From: a virus
Taxonomy: Duplodnaviria; Caudoviricetes
IMG/VR virus record: IMGVR_UViG_3300006108_000017
Span: 1-56,213 of that record
DNA length: 56,213 nt
Direction: 5' to 3' (one strand)
Shown here piece by piece: positions 7,459 to 16,356 of the stretch. Below the pieces are notes generated by a model. The model was not told the DNA's origin, ran no database searches, and was given only the letters and a program-made list of their open reading frames with translations. The stretch's first letter is position 1. Every line of letters starts with the position of its first letter. A program made the position numbers and the translations under genes.

Positions 7459-7643
7459 TTTGTGTAGACGACCTCCACTAGGTTAGCGCTGTCTTGGCGT
7501 TGGTATTGAACCCAGCCAGCCGCCACAGCATCTGCTTCTGGAGTACCAACAACCGTGTTAGGATCGTAGGCGACCTCCGCAACTTGAGCTCCAGCTTCAA
7601 CTAGAGCCTGAAGCGCTTCCTTTTGAGCAAGGGTCATATCCAT
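7455..7643 (-). CDS. Hypothetical protein
   Basis: Start moved to MDMTLAQ just after the upstream stop. Confidence 0.55.
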   Translation of the reverse strand: MDMTLAQKEALQALVEAGAQVAEVAYDPNTVVGTPEADAVAAGWVQYQRQDSANLVEVVYTK

Positions 7644-7645
7644 GA

Positions 7646-8371
7646 TTAGTCGCTCGAGGACCAGCCATAACGGCCGATGCGCTTGCCATGCCAATCGATC
7701 ATGGCATTGGTACCTTCTTGGTGACCAAAGCCGTCGGGACGAGAAGCGATGGTCCAATCGGAGATGACATGACCATTCTTCTTGAGGGACTTAACGAGGT
7801 CTTCAAAGTCCTCGTCCTTCAGATGGTCGATGTCGAACTTGTTCTTGCGGAACCATTCGTGGACACCAGCAGCGCCGTCCTTCTCCGCGATCGCAGGAAG
7901 TTCTTCGATGGCCTTCTTAGCCACAGGAGCATGGGACTTAGCCAGCTCCTTCTTCAGCATTTCGTGCTGTTCGTCCTTGTACTTGTCCCACGCGTCCGTG
8001 ATTTCCTTCTTGAGAGCGATGAAGCCTGGGCTGTCCTGCATCATCTTCTCGGTAAACCAAATCGCGGTCTTACCCTTGGGATTGCCGCCCTTGATCATGT
8101 AGACGTACTCGTGAGAGCGTCCACCGACGTTCGCCCAGACCTTCTTGTAGGCGGCGGTAGGCTTGATCGCGTAATAGTGGATGTCCACCTCGATCTCGTG
8201 CTCATCGCCCGTGTTGGTCTGGACCTTGATCTTACGACCCTTGGTCTTGATGCCGACGGCCGCAGCTGCTTCCTCACTGGACTTGTAGTTGTCCCGATGA
8301 GTGAAAGCCCATGCACGCTTGTCGTGTGGAGCAAGCTTGTATTCTTGGGTGTCGGTAATATGCGGACGCAT
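7646..8371 (-). CDS. Hypothetical early protein, Lys-rich
   Basis: Start MRPH behind GGAGA; promoter at 8410..8439. Confidence 0.75.
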   Translation of the reverse strand: MRPHITDTQEYKLAPHDKRAWAFTHRDNYKSSEEAAAAVGIKTKGRKIKVQTNTGDEHEIEVDIHYYAIKPTAAYKKVWANVGGRSHEYVYMIKGGNPKGKTAIWFTEKMMQDSPGFIALKKEITDAWDKYKDEQHEMLKKELAKSHAPVAKKAIEELPAIAEKDGAAGVHEWFRKNKFDIDHLKDEDFEDLVKSLKKNGHVISDWTIASRPDGFGHQEGTNAMIDWHGKRIGRYGWSSSD

Positions 8372-8409
8372 GAGGTTCTCCAAGAATCCTGACAGGATTG
8401 ATTAAGAGT

Positions 8410-8439
8410 ATCTTAACACATTCCCATCAGGATGTAAAC
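8410..8439 (-). promoter_or_regulatory. Early promoter
   Basis: GTTTACA...TAAGAT. Confidence 0.7.
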
Positions 8440-8455
8440 TGTTTCTTGAAGGTAT

Positions 8456-9319
8456 TTATTCGTTCACTTCAATGGTAAGGCACTTAGCCGAACCACCGCT
8501 CTTCTTGTACTGGCTTAGGTCAATCTGGATTGGATTGATTCCACGCTCGACAAGGCGATCACGAAGGTGATCAGAGATAAGTGGGAGAACGAGATTGTCA
8601 CCGACCGAAACTGCATTGCACGCGAATGCGAGAGCATCTTCTTCGGTGACAGAGATTGCATTGTGACCATAGACGTCAACAATGGCGCCTTCGGCATACA
8701 TGTCAAATGCTGGCGGATACCAAAGGACCATGCCATTGTCGAGAGGACAGAAGGCGGTGTCGATGTGGTACCAGCGTGGGTCGGTTAGACGAACTGGCTT
8801 TACCTGAATGCCTGTACCGGAATAGAACTCATCGAGGACTGGCTTGAAGCTCAGCGTTGAGCGGAAGCCATGACCATACCAGAGGATGCCCGTGTGTCTG
8901 TCGAGAAGTGCGTCTCCTGCACCTTCGAAAGAAGCAACATCTCTTCCAGCCTCAAGTTCCTTGATCACGACATCAAAGCCATGTTCACGGAACCAATCAA
9001 TGAAATAAGGCTCTTCCGCTTGGCGCTCAGGGAATCTGAAGTGGCTTGGGAAGAACTTTCCTTGGTAGATGATGCCCGCATTTGCCGTGAAAACTGCGTC
9101 AGGGCAGTTTTCTGGTGGCTTTGGCATCACAACCACATCTGCGTTAACGTGTAGCAGGGCGTTGCGAAGATTGCTCCATTGTTGGACCGCTAGGGTCACA
9201 TCAATCTGGCCTTCATTGCCAGTCATCCATGGGTTGATCTCATATTGAACGCCGAAACTTGCAGGGGACGTCATAACGATCTGCTTGACGGGATTTTTAG
9301 TTTGCTCTGTAGCCTGCAT
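8456..9319 (-). CDS. Amidinotransferase / dimethylargininase (pentein superfamily)
   Basis: YEINPWM, PDAVFTAN, FEGAGD, YHIDTAFCPL and KSGGSAKCLT with catalytic Cys. Confidence 0.9.
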   Translation of the reverse strand: MQATEQTKNPVKQIVMTSPASFGVQYEINPWMTGNEGQIDVTLAVQQWSNLRNALLHVNADVVVMPKPPENCPDAVFTANAGIIYQGKFFPSHFRFPERQAEEPYFIDWFREHGFDVVIKELEAGRDVASFEGAGDALLDRHTGILWYGHGFRSTLSFKPVLDEFYSGTGIQVKPVRLTDPRWYHIDTAFCPLDNGMVLWYPPAFDMYAEGAIVDVYGHNAISVTEEDALAFACNAVSVGDNLVLPLISDHLRDRLVERGINPIQIDLSQYKKSGGSAKCLTIEVNE

Positions 9320-9400
9320 GCTCAGGGTCTCCATAAAATAACTAGCACATGTTATTTACCTGCCAGCGTCTATGAAAAGCACCTGTTGACAACACTTTCC

Positions 9401-9408
9401 GATAAATA
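9401..9408 (+). promoter_or_regulatory. Late promoter GATAAATA
   Basis: Lies upstream of the plus-strand gene at 9438. Confidence 0.6.
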
Positions 9409-9437
9409 TGCTTACATGATATTTGGTTATGAGTCCT

Positions 9438-9995
9438 ATGAAGCCAACATTTAGAATGTTCAATGACTACGTCAGTCTTCGATCCGAAGAAATGACGGAA
9501 GCGAAGTTGGACGAGGTTTTCGGAAAGTTTTTTGGTAATGCACCGGCTGCAGCTCCTCAAAGAGCGGCAGTGGAGCCAAAGCTGGCTACAGCAAAAGAAA
9601 AGCTTGACGCAAAAAAGAAGCAAGCGCCTCAGCGCCCTGGACAAAAGCCTGCTCCTGGTAAGCCAGCGACTGGGCCACAGAGACCTTTCAATCAGAAGCC
9701 AGCGGCTCCTGGAGCGAAAGAGGCTGAGGCGGAGTTTACGACTGAATGTTTTTCTGAAAACGAACCAGAAGAAGTTATGGACGTTTTGAAGAAGATTGCC
9801 GATGGCGGTTTGGACATCTATGACGTTTTGAACCATCCAGCAGGAAAAGCCCAGCGCGACATCGCTAAGAAGCTTGAGCGCCAGGCTGAGATTATTGCAG
9901 GTGAAGAAGGTCTCCACCTAGACGACGATTTTGAAAAGATCAACGACAGACTTATTGACGAGATTCAGGGCTACCTAAAGCATCACGCCGATTAA
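9438..9995 (+). CDS. Late hypothetical protein with Pro/Ala/Lys-rich linker
   Basis: Flanked by a late promoter and a bidirectional terminator. Confidence 0.75.
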   Translation: MKPTFRMFNDYVSLRSEEMTEAKLDEVFGKFFGNAPAAAPQRAAVEPKLATAKEKLDAKKKQAPQRPGQKPAPGKPATGPQRPFNQKPAAPGAKEAEAEFTTECFSENEPEEVMDVLKKIADGGLDIYDVLNHPAGKAQRDIAKKLERQAEIIAGEEGLHLDDDFEKINDRLIDEIQGYLKHHAD

Positions 9996-10014
9996 GTTTT
10001 TGGTTTGAAGACAG

Positions 10015-10054
10015 AAAGAAGGGGCTAGAGAATTTTCTCTAGCCCCTTCGTTTT
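10015..10054. terminator. Bidirectional terminator
   Basis: GAAGGGGCTAGAGA...TCTCTAGCCCCTTC between convergent genes. Confidence 0.8.
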
Positions 10055-10072
10055 GCGCGGGAGAAGGATCGC

Positions 10073-10570
10073 TTAGGCGGCGACCACAGTCTCGGTCGAC
10101 TTGGCTTCGACGACGTCTTCAGCGAAGGTAACCGGCACTCGGCGAACCGAGGTCTTGGAAACCTTCGTGGTCTTCACGGTCGAAGGATCAGCCGGCGTCT
10201 TGCGTCCGCGGGGAAGCTTGGCAACCGGACCACCGATTTCCTTCAGTCGGGCGCCGAGGATTTGGTTCAGGGAGATGAGCTGCTTCTTCAGCTGCTTCAC
10301 CGTGATGTCAGGGTTGACCGTCTTGGCGGCGTTCATCAGCTTGTCTTCTGCCTTGCGGAAGAAGTCAGGGTTCACGAAGTTGTAGTTCCGCGGAACATCG
10401 AACCCGACGGCGCCCAGTTCAGAACCGACATTGATCTCGACGTTCTTCCAGGAATCGGCATGGTCAGCGGGGCGGGCATTCTTCCAGAAGCCGGTGGCGA
10501 TTTCGCCAAGCAGGACTTGAGTGAAGACGGCCTTTTGGACTTCAGAAGCAACAGTTAGCGTTCTCGACAT
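10073..10570 (-). CDS. Basic early protein with AT-hook-like PRGRK
   Basis: AAGGAG RBS; promoter at 10617..10646. Confidence 0.75.
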   Translation of the reverse strand: MSRTLTVASEVQKAVFTQVLLGEIATGFWKNARPADHADSWKNVEINVGSELGAVGFDVPRNYNFVNPDFFRKAEDKLMNAAKTVNPDITVKQLKKQLISLNQILGARLKEIGGPVAKLPRGRKTPADPSTVKTTKVSKTSVRRVPVTFAEDVVEAKSTETVVAA

Positions 10571-10616
10571 TTTCAAACTCCTTCAAAGTGGTTTTACGTT
10601 ACACAAACGTTGATTT

Positions 10617-10646
10617 ATTCTACACTGGTTTTCGTTGATTGTAAAC
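10617..10646 (-). promoter_or_regulatory. Early promoter
   Basis: GTTTACA...TAGAAT. Confidence 0.75.
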
Positions 10647-10673
10647 TGATTGTTTGCTGATTGGCAAACTTTT

Positions 10674-10874
10674 TCAGTCTACGGCAGTTTCAGGATAGTG
10701 GGCGGGTCTCCTCTCCTTCTCAGGAAAGATAACTCCACCATAGACAGAAGCGATATTTTCGGCAGGGGCTCCATGACCGTGAGCGTAGTTTCCTATCGCA
10801 GTAAACATGGAGGAGAAGAGGTTGGATATTGCGCTAAAGCCCTGTTGAGTGGCTGTAGCTTCGTGGGTAAACAT
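10674..10874 (-). CDS. Small hypothetical protein
   Basis: 66 aa ORF with AAGGA upstream. Confidence 0.45.
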   Translation of the reverse strand: MFTHEATATQQGFSAISNLFSSMFTAIGNYAHGHGAPAENIASVYGGVIFPEKERRPAHYPETAVD

Positions 10875-10886
10875 TCGTGGACGTCC

Positions 10887-11087
10887 TTATGTAAATGTGA
10901 AGGTGTACTCTCCTGCATCATTAACGGCGTTCACACGACAGAAAAGGGCAGACTGAAGATGATCCTGAATGAGACAGGCTTCCTCTTCCGTGACGTAGGA
11001 CACGTAGAGCGTTCCACAGCTGAAGACGGCTTCAGCATCTGGAACTGCTTCGGTGATGATCTCAAGAACTACGCGTTCGAGTCCCAT
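10887..11087 (-). CDS. Small hypothetical early protein
   Basis: AAGGA RBS; promoter at 11118..11146. Confidence 0.65.
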   Translation of the reverse strand: MGLERVVLEIITEAVPDAEAVFSCGTLYVSYVTEEEACLIQDHLQSALFCRVNAVNDAGEYTFTFT

Positions 11088-11117
11088 GGTCAGGGTCCTT
11101 AATCAGTTGATATTCTG

Positions 11118-11146
11118 ATTATACCCTGATTGAGGATAAAGTACAC
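11118..11146 (-). promoter_or_regulatory. Early promoter
   Basis: GTGTAC...TATAAT. Confidence 0.75.
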
Positions 11147-11180
11147 AGGTAAGTTTGCGTTTTGGCAAGTTTTTTCAGGC

Positions 11181-11561
11181 TCAGGCCTGAGACATCGGAC
11201 CTTTTGGTGCGGCTTTTCGCTTTCCGGTGTCTGATGGCTTCGTGTTTTCCTCAGGAAGCTTTATATCGAGGGACGTGCCATTCTCAAGAACGAGGTGCAT
11301 GTTGTCGTCCTTGATGGCCGCGCACCCGTTGTACATGGATTTCAGAGAGACAATGATGAGGCTTGTTCGATGCTCGCCAGCAGCGCAGTTAAAAGAACCA
11401 CGCTCGAGGTACATCACGCTACCTTGGGTCTGAAGGACCATAAAGATCGAGTGATCATGAGCTGCATCGCGTGGCTCTTTAGGGGCAGGGGTCGTCTGAG
11501 CAGAAGCTGAGAACGCGATCGCTGCAGCGGCAAGAGCCGGTAGAAGTCTCTTCATATCCAT
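11181..11561 (-). CDS. Secreted or periplasmic hypothetical protein
   Basis: Signal peptide KRLLPALAAAAIAFSASA; two Cys. Confidence 0.7.
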   Translation of the reverse strand: MDMKRLLPALAAAAIAFSASAQTTPAPKEPRDAAHDHSIFMVLQTQGSVMYLERGSFNCAAGEHRTSLIIVSLKSMYNGCAAIKDDNMHLVLENGTSLDIKLPEENTKPSDTGKRKAAPKGPMSQA

Positions 11562-11600
11562 ATCTCCGTTCTGATAGGCGCGCAGGCGCCTCGGAGATAT

Positions 11601-11822
11601 TTACTGGGCGGTTGAAGCTGCCGGAGTTTTCTGCGGGAACAGCTCGCTCACCTTTTCGAAAAGGATTTTGGCGAGCGCATGGTCCTTGGAGTGACCCTCG
11701 AGCGAGGACGTATGCAGCCGTTGAAACGCGGCGGAATACTCCTGATAGTTGCCGAGGAAGGAACCGTCCCGAACTTCAGAAGCGATAGAGCGGGCGATCC
11801 GGATATCCATCTTGCGAGACAT
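11601..11822 (-). CDS. Small hypothetical early protein
   Basis: GGAG RBS; promoter GTGTAC...TATAGT at 11853..11881. Confidence 0.65.
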   Translation of the reverse strand: MSRKMDIRIARSIASEVRDGSFLGNYQEYSAAFQRLHTSSLEGHSKDHALAKILFEKVSELFPQKTPAASTAQ

Positions 11823-11936
11823 TCTGAAACTCCATCAGAAGTTGATAGAGATACTATATCAAGAACGGGCAGGTTGTACACAAGAAAATGCGGCCGCAGA
11901 TTTCTCCACGGCCGCATCTGATAGAGTCAGATCAAC

Positions 11937-12524
11937 TTACTTGCTGAAGACGTTGATCGGAGCAGCTTCCTTGTGGTTCTTGAAAGCGGTGTCCGCACGA
12001 TCCGTCGACACGATGTCGAAGTCGGCGAGGTTCACCTTTGGATATCCGGCCATTCGAAGCCACATTCCGCCCCAGAAGCTTCCCAGCTGGGTCTGGTATT
12101 GTCGACGAACGTCGATCTGCTTGCGCTGACCAGCTTCGAAGTTGTCTCGACCGGCCTCGATGATCTGCTGAATCTGCTGATACAGCTTAGGATCGAGTTG
12201 CGGGTTCTGCTCCTTCAGGAACTGGAAGGTAGCCTTGGAACCGTCTTGACCGTAACGACCTTGGATTGCCGCGGTGGTTACCTTGGTCAGATCGGCTTGG
12301 TACTGCTGGGGAACTTGAGCGGCTTCGAGAACCTTCTGGCCGTACTGGGCGAGAATGTTCTTGTTGTCCTCACGAACCGCAATCAGCTGCTGCTCGGTCT
12401 TGTTGCCGTAGTTGAAAGCGGAAACGTACGAGCTGAAGCCGATGCCACCAATGGCGAGCAGAAGGCCTACAACTACCAGCACCGCTACGAGAGCGGTAGA
12501 AACACCGCCACGTTGATCACTCAT
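11937..12524 (-). CDS. Membrane-anchored helical protein, LemA-like
   Basis: Single N-terminal TM followed by a helical bundle; AAGGAG RBS; LemA resemblance is an inference. Confidence 0.6.
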   Translation of the reverse strand: MSDQRGGVSTALVAVLVVVGLLLAIGGIGFSSYVSAFNYGNKTEQQLIAVREDNKNILAQYGQKVLEAAQVPQQYQADLTKVTTAAIQGRYGQDGSKATFQFLKEQNPQLDPKLYQQIQQIIEAGRDNFEAGQRKQIDVRRQYQTQLGSFWGGMWLRMAGYPKVNLADFDIVSTDRADTAFKNHKEAAPINVFSK

Positions 12525-12546
12525 CTGTATTCTCCTTGGGTTGTGT

Positions 12547-13674
12547 TTAGATTAAGATTTCGCCACGAGATTTGAAGGCGAAGAACCAGAAGCCGCCATA
12601 CGCCATCACGATGAAGGCAAGGGCGAGTTCCATCACCCACGCGGGCGGATCGATTTCGGCATCAAGGTAGGCGAAGTCACGCATGTGCTTCCGCTTGAAT
12701 GTTGCCATCGCTTCCGATTTGAGCGTGGAGATTACCGCATCCGGGGTCAGCTGGGGAAGAGCGAGGATATCGTCTCTCAGCTTTACCTGGAAGATGTCGT
12801 CTTGCGAAAGTGCCATGACGTTGACCCATGCCGCCTTGTTGGGGAAGTCTGGGGCGCCGATGACTAGAACGATGTCGTTCTTTTTGCCATTCAGCCAGGC
12901 GTCTTGCAGAGCGTAGAAGTATGAAGGATCGTTGGTCTTGACGATGACGATAACGGCGTTTGCCTGCTTCGCTGGGCCAAGGGTCTTCAAAGCGTCAGAC
13001 AGCTTGTCATTCCACTCTTGAAGATTGGGGATGTTGATCCCTACTGGAATGACCCGATCGACATGATAGATGTCGTAGATTTGCATCGGGTATTCGGGAA
13101 CCATTCCCTTGAAGCGTGCCTTCAGATCGCCTTGGGCCGGCTTGAAGAGCGTTTCAGGAACGGCCTTGATGTAGTTGGTGTAGCCATGCGTCTTAGAGAC
13201 AGGATCGCCGGTCTGGATGCGCGTGTAGCGCTGAGGATCGGGGAGGGCATAGACCGCCGGACTTGTCCAGTCCTTGTCATCGATCGTGAATGCACCGATG
13301 TTTGAGTTGCAGCCCCAGTGAACCGTCCAGTGATCCTCGTAGCAGGTGTCACAGGTGGTTGTGGTCGATGAGTTCTTGCCAGAACCACTTGTCGTTGTTC
13401 GACAGTTGCATGAATAGGATCGGGTGTAGGTACCATGGACGCGGGCTTTGGAGGTCACTTGACCATTCCAAACTTCCGTATCGTGCGTCTTGGCTCCCTT
13501 GCCGGCGTAGAACGCTGCAGACAGGATTAGAGCCGAAATGACAACCCCGCCAGCAGCGAAGGCCAGGGAAGTTCCCCACGTCACGCGATCAGACACGCGG
13601 TGGAGAATGAAGATCGTGATCGCTGACAGCAAAAGCGGTGCCAGCAAATACCACATTAGGTCAGCATTTATCAT
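12547..13674 (-). CDS. Membrane protein with CxC/CxxC loop and TPM-like domain
   Basis: Two N-terminal and one C-terminal TM; YSCNC...TCDTC; KKNDIVLVIG. Confidence 0.7.
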   Translation of the reverse strand: MINADLMWYLLAPLLLSAITIFILHRVSDRVTWGTSLAFAAGGVVISALILSAAFYAGKGAKTHDTEVWNGQVTSKARVHGTYTRSYSCNCRTTTSGSGKNSSTTTTCDTCYEDHWTVHWGCNSNIGAFTIDDKDWTSPAVYALPDPQRYTRIQTGDPVSKTHGYTNYIKAVPETLFKPAQGDLKARFKGMVPEYPMQIYDIYHVDRVIPVGINIPNLQEWNDKLSDALKTLGPAKQANAVIVIVKTNDPSYFYALQDAWLNGKKNDIVLVIGAPDFPNKAAWVNVMALSQDDIFQVKLRDDILALPQLTPDAVISTLKSEAMATFKRKHMRDFAYLDAEIDPPAWVMELALAFIVMAYGGFWFFAFKSRGEILI

Positions 13675-13853
13675 CCGATTATCACCACATCGCTTTCTTC
13701 ATCTGTGTCGTGATCGTACACCGAGGATTGTTCCACCGCGTGGGCCTCGATAGTGAAGACCCGAACTGGGTCGGTTTGATCCCGAAGCTTTACCTCGGCA
13801 TCATCGTCAAATCGAGCGAGGTGCTCAATAAGCTCCCTCACGGTCATGCTCAT
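13671..13853 (-). CDS. Small hypothetical protein
   Basis: MSMTVRELIEHL behind AAGGAG; promoter at 13890..13919. Confidence 0.65.
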   Translation of the reverse strand: MSMTVRELIEHLARFDDDAEVKLRDQTDPVRVFTIEAHAVEQSSVYDHDTDEESDVVIIG

Positions 13854-13889
13854 AGCGTGATACTCCTTCTGCACACGAGGCACATTCAG

Positions 13890-13919
13890 ATTGTATCACG
13901 CTATTTGAGCGATGTAAAC
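13890..13919 (-). promoter_or_regulatory. Early promoter
   Basis: GTTTACA...TACAAT. Confidence 0.75.
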
Positions 13920-14191
13920 TACTTTGTTGCGGCTGGCTTTTGCGCCCGACGATGCGGACGGAATGGTTCAGAAACCTGAACGCTCACCTTCGACAGATCG
14001 ATAGAGAGCTCCACGAGGGTCTCCTCTGGACGGAGCTTGATGTCGTATTTGTTGGTGAACTTCTTGGCGAGGATTGGATCAGTCACGAAGTTGGCTTGGC
14101 CTTTGGAAGCATCGAAGCCGGCAAAATAGGAACCATCAGTTCCCTTGACAACGTAGAGAGAAACGATTGCGGCGTTGGTATCGGTATTCAT
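13919..14191 (-). CDS. Hypothetical protein
   Basis: 90 aa; GGAG RBS. Confidence 0.7.
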   Translation of the reverse strand: MNTDTNAAIVSLYVVKGTDGSYFAGFDASKGQANFVTDPILAKKFTNKYDIKLRPEETLVELSIDLSKVSVQVSEPFRPHRRAQKPAATK

Positions 14192-14217
14192 CTTGTAGTA
14201 CTCCAGTCCTCTTGAAA

Positions 14218-14685
14218 TTACTGCCGACCCAGAGAATGTAGGGTCTCAATGAAACTCACGTACAGAACGATGTTCAGTGCGCGAGCGATAGCCTCAGTCG
14301 CCATATCCGGCGGCGTGCTGAAGATTTCTTTACCGCGATGGAAGGCACAGAGCCAGCCATACGTGTTGTTGGTTGTGCAGCCGGGATAGAAGATCGCAAC
14401 CTTCATCCCCAGCATCTGCTCTGTCTCTGCAAGAAGGTTGAGATTGCCCACGTAGTCAGAATATGCGGGACCACGGGCACGAGCAGGAAGCTTTCCGGAT
14501 ACGTATTCCGACAGACGATTCTGAACGGCGAATCTCTGCCATTCTCCTAGCACGTCCTCGGTCACTTCTGAGAAAATATCGTGGTTGGTTTTCAGGTGGG
14601 TCATTGCCACCTGCTGCTCTTTGCCCGACTTGCGACGCCGCTTCTTACTGTCGGGACCAGGGAACTCGATGACGTTGCTGGTCAT
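14218..14685 (-). CDS. Hypothetical protein
   Basis: 155 aa; ATGA overlap. Confidence 0.7.
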   Translation of the reverse strand: MTSNVIEFPGPDSKKRRRKSGKEQQVAMTHLKTNHDIFSEVTEDVLGEWQRFAVQNRLSEYVSGKLPARARGPAYSDYVGNLNLLAETEQMLGMKVAIFYPGCTTNNTYGWLCAFHRGKEIFSTPPDMATEAIARALNIVLYVSFIETLHSLGRQ

Positions 14686-15548
14686 ACTTCGAATCTTGTC
14701 AAGGGATCGAACTCACCAGATACGAGGTTGCTTTCCATGGGATAGCCATGGGGATTGCAGATCAGCTGGGTGTTGCCGATCTTACCAAAGTAGCTTGTGT
14801 GGGTATGGCCGAAGGTCCATGCTGCTGGTTGGTGCTTGAGGATGAAGGCATCCAGATCAGAAGCGAAGGCGTGGTTGAGATGCGCGCCAACAGGGTCGTG
14901 CGGGTTCTTGTACTTCTCCGCGACCGCAGAGAAAGTTGGCATGTGGTGGGTGCAGATCACCGTGCGGCTGTTGTCCTTACCCTTCATCCAGTTTTCCATG
15001 GTCTTGAGGGTAGCACGGTGGATTTTGATCATTTCTGGCGGGTCCATGCCCTTGCCATCTTCACCCATGATCATGCGGTGGTCGTTGATGTAGCCACGAA
15101 TCATGGAGTGGGTGTTGATCGCGTCTTCACCACCGTAATCAGTCCAGAGAGTACCTGCGATAAAGGTCACACCGTCGATCTGGATGCGCGCTGGTTTATT
15201 GCCGGCGATCGTAAGATTGGGTACCTTACCCAGCTTCTTCTTGACGCTCTCCTTGATCATACGGATCGTGTCAACCATGTACATCCCATAGTGCTCGTGA
15301 TTTCCGAGAACGTAGATGACGTGCTTGAAGCGGGGAACGACCAGGCCAATGAAAGTGACAATGCGATCTACCTGACGGGCAGTCGCGAGGTCTCCACCTA
15401 CGATGAGTACGGTTTCTGGGTCTTCAGGAAGAGGAGGGAGTACGGTTGACAGAAGCGCCTGCGCGCGAGGGTCATTGCCATCACGCGTATTATAGTGGTG
15501 CTCGAGGTGAAGGTCTGATACTTCTCGAATAAACATCTTTAGGTCCAA
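14682..15548 (-). CDS. Calcineurin-like metallophosphoesterase
   Basis: SDLH, GGD, GNHE, THH and GHTH motifs. Confidence 0.92.
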   Translation of the reverse strand: MDLKMFIREVSDLHLEHHYNTRDGNDPRAQALLSTVLPPLPEDPETVLIVGGDLATARQVDRIVTFIGLVVPRFKHVIYVLGNHEHYGMYMVDTIRMIKESVKKKLGKVPNLTIAGNKPARIQIDGVTFIAGTLWTDYGGEDAINTHSMIRGYINDHRMIMGEDGKGMDPPEMIKIHRATLKTMENWMKGKDNSRTVICTHHMPTFSAVAEKYKNPHDPVGAHLNHAFASDLDAFILKHQPAAWTFGHTHTSYFGKIGNTQLICNPHGYPMESNLVSGEFDPLTRFEV

Positions 15549-15584
15549 TCATCTGTTACGCTGATAACGACATACTGCATTATC

Positions 15585-15740
15585 TTATTCGGCATTGACC
15601 CTCATCAACCATTCTTTGAAACACAACTTCATCTCTCTAACGCTTCCTACTTTCGCGGTGAGCGCTAGCTGTCCAACCCTTTTCTCCAACTCTTCAATCT
15701 GACGTGCAGACCGATAGATTTGAAGGTCGATAACTTTCAT
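15585..15740 (-). CDS. Small hypothetical protein (51 aa)
   Basis: Manual translation MKVIDLQIYRSARQIEELEKRV...; GATAAATA at 15767..15774. Confidence 0.55.
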   Translation of the reverse strand: MKVIDLQIYRSARQIEELEKRVGQLALTAKVGSVREMKLCFKEWLMRVNAE

Positions 15741-15799
15741 AGCAAGTCCAAGTTGGATAGACGTGCTATTTATCGAAAAGGGTTTTAGGTTTTGAAGGA

Positions 15800-16072
15800 T
15801 CAGTGTTCGAAGCGAGCGAGGTCCGAAACTTCACGGAGAAGATTTCGGTTCACTTGGTACCAGACCTTGTAGCGCTGGTCAGTAGGATGACTGAAGGCCT
15901 CGAGCTCACGTTGATCGTACGCAACGGCTGCTGCAGTGAAGGGGCCGTTGTCGATGAGGCACACTGGAAGATGGCTGTCGGTGATCTCGGCTTCGGCGAC
16001 CGAGATGATTTTTCCATGGCTGCCCAACCAGGCTTCCTTGGAACCGAACTTGGGGTTGATGTAGCATCCCAT
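15800..16072 (-). CDS. Hypothetical protein
   Basis: 90 aa in operon with AGGA RBS. Confidence 0.7.
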   Translation of the reverse strand: MGCYINPKFGSKEAWLGSHGKIISVAEAEITDSHLPVCLIDNGPFTAAAVAYDQRELEAFSHPTDQRYKVWYQVNRNLLREVSDLARFEH

Positions 16073-16077
16073 GTCGG

Positions 16078-16356
16078 TTATCCTTCTGCCGTTTCTTCAG
16101 GACCGGCAAGCCAGGACTTGACCGATTCAGGAGAACCCCAGCAGCCGCCAGGCGCCTCGTTGTAGAGATAGGCGATGTAGGCCGGCAGGATGCGAAGGTT
16201 GTCGTCATCAGCTCGACCACAGGCTTCCGCCAGATCATTGGTGAGAACCGCGGTCAGAAAGCCGCCGGGCGGAATGCGCTTCTCGATGTAGCGGTGAAGA
16301 GAAGCCATCATGTGTTCCGGGATAGTCATCCCGCGGAAGGTGTAGTTGCTCATCAT
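16078..16356 (-). CDS. Hypothetical phage protein
   Basis: PPGGFLTAVLTNDL...CWGS; coupled to the ligase stop. Confidence 0.7.
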   Translation of the reverse strand: MMSNYTFRGMTIPEHMMASLHRYIEKRIPPGGFLTAVLTNDLAEACGRADDDNLRILPAYIAYLYNEAPGGCWGSPESVKSWLAGPEETAEG

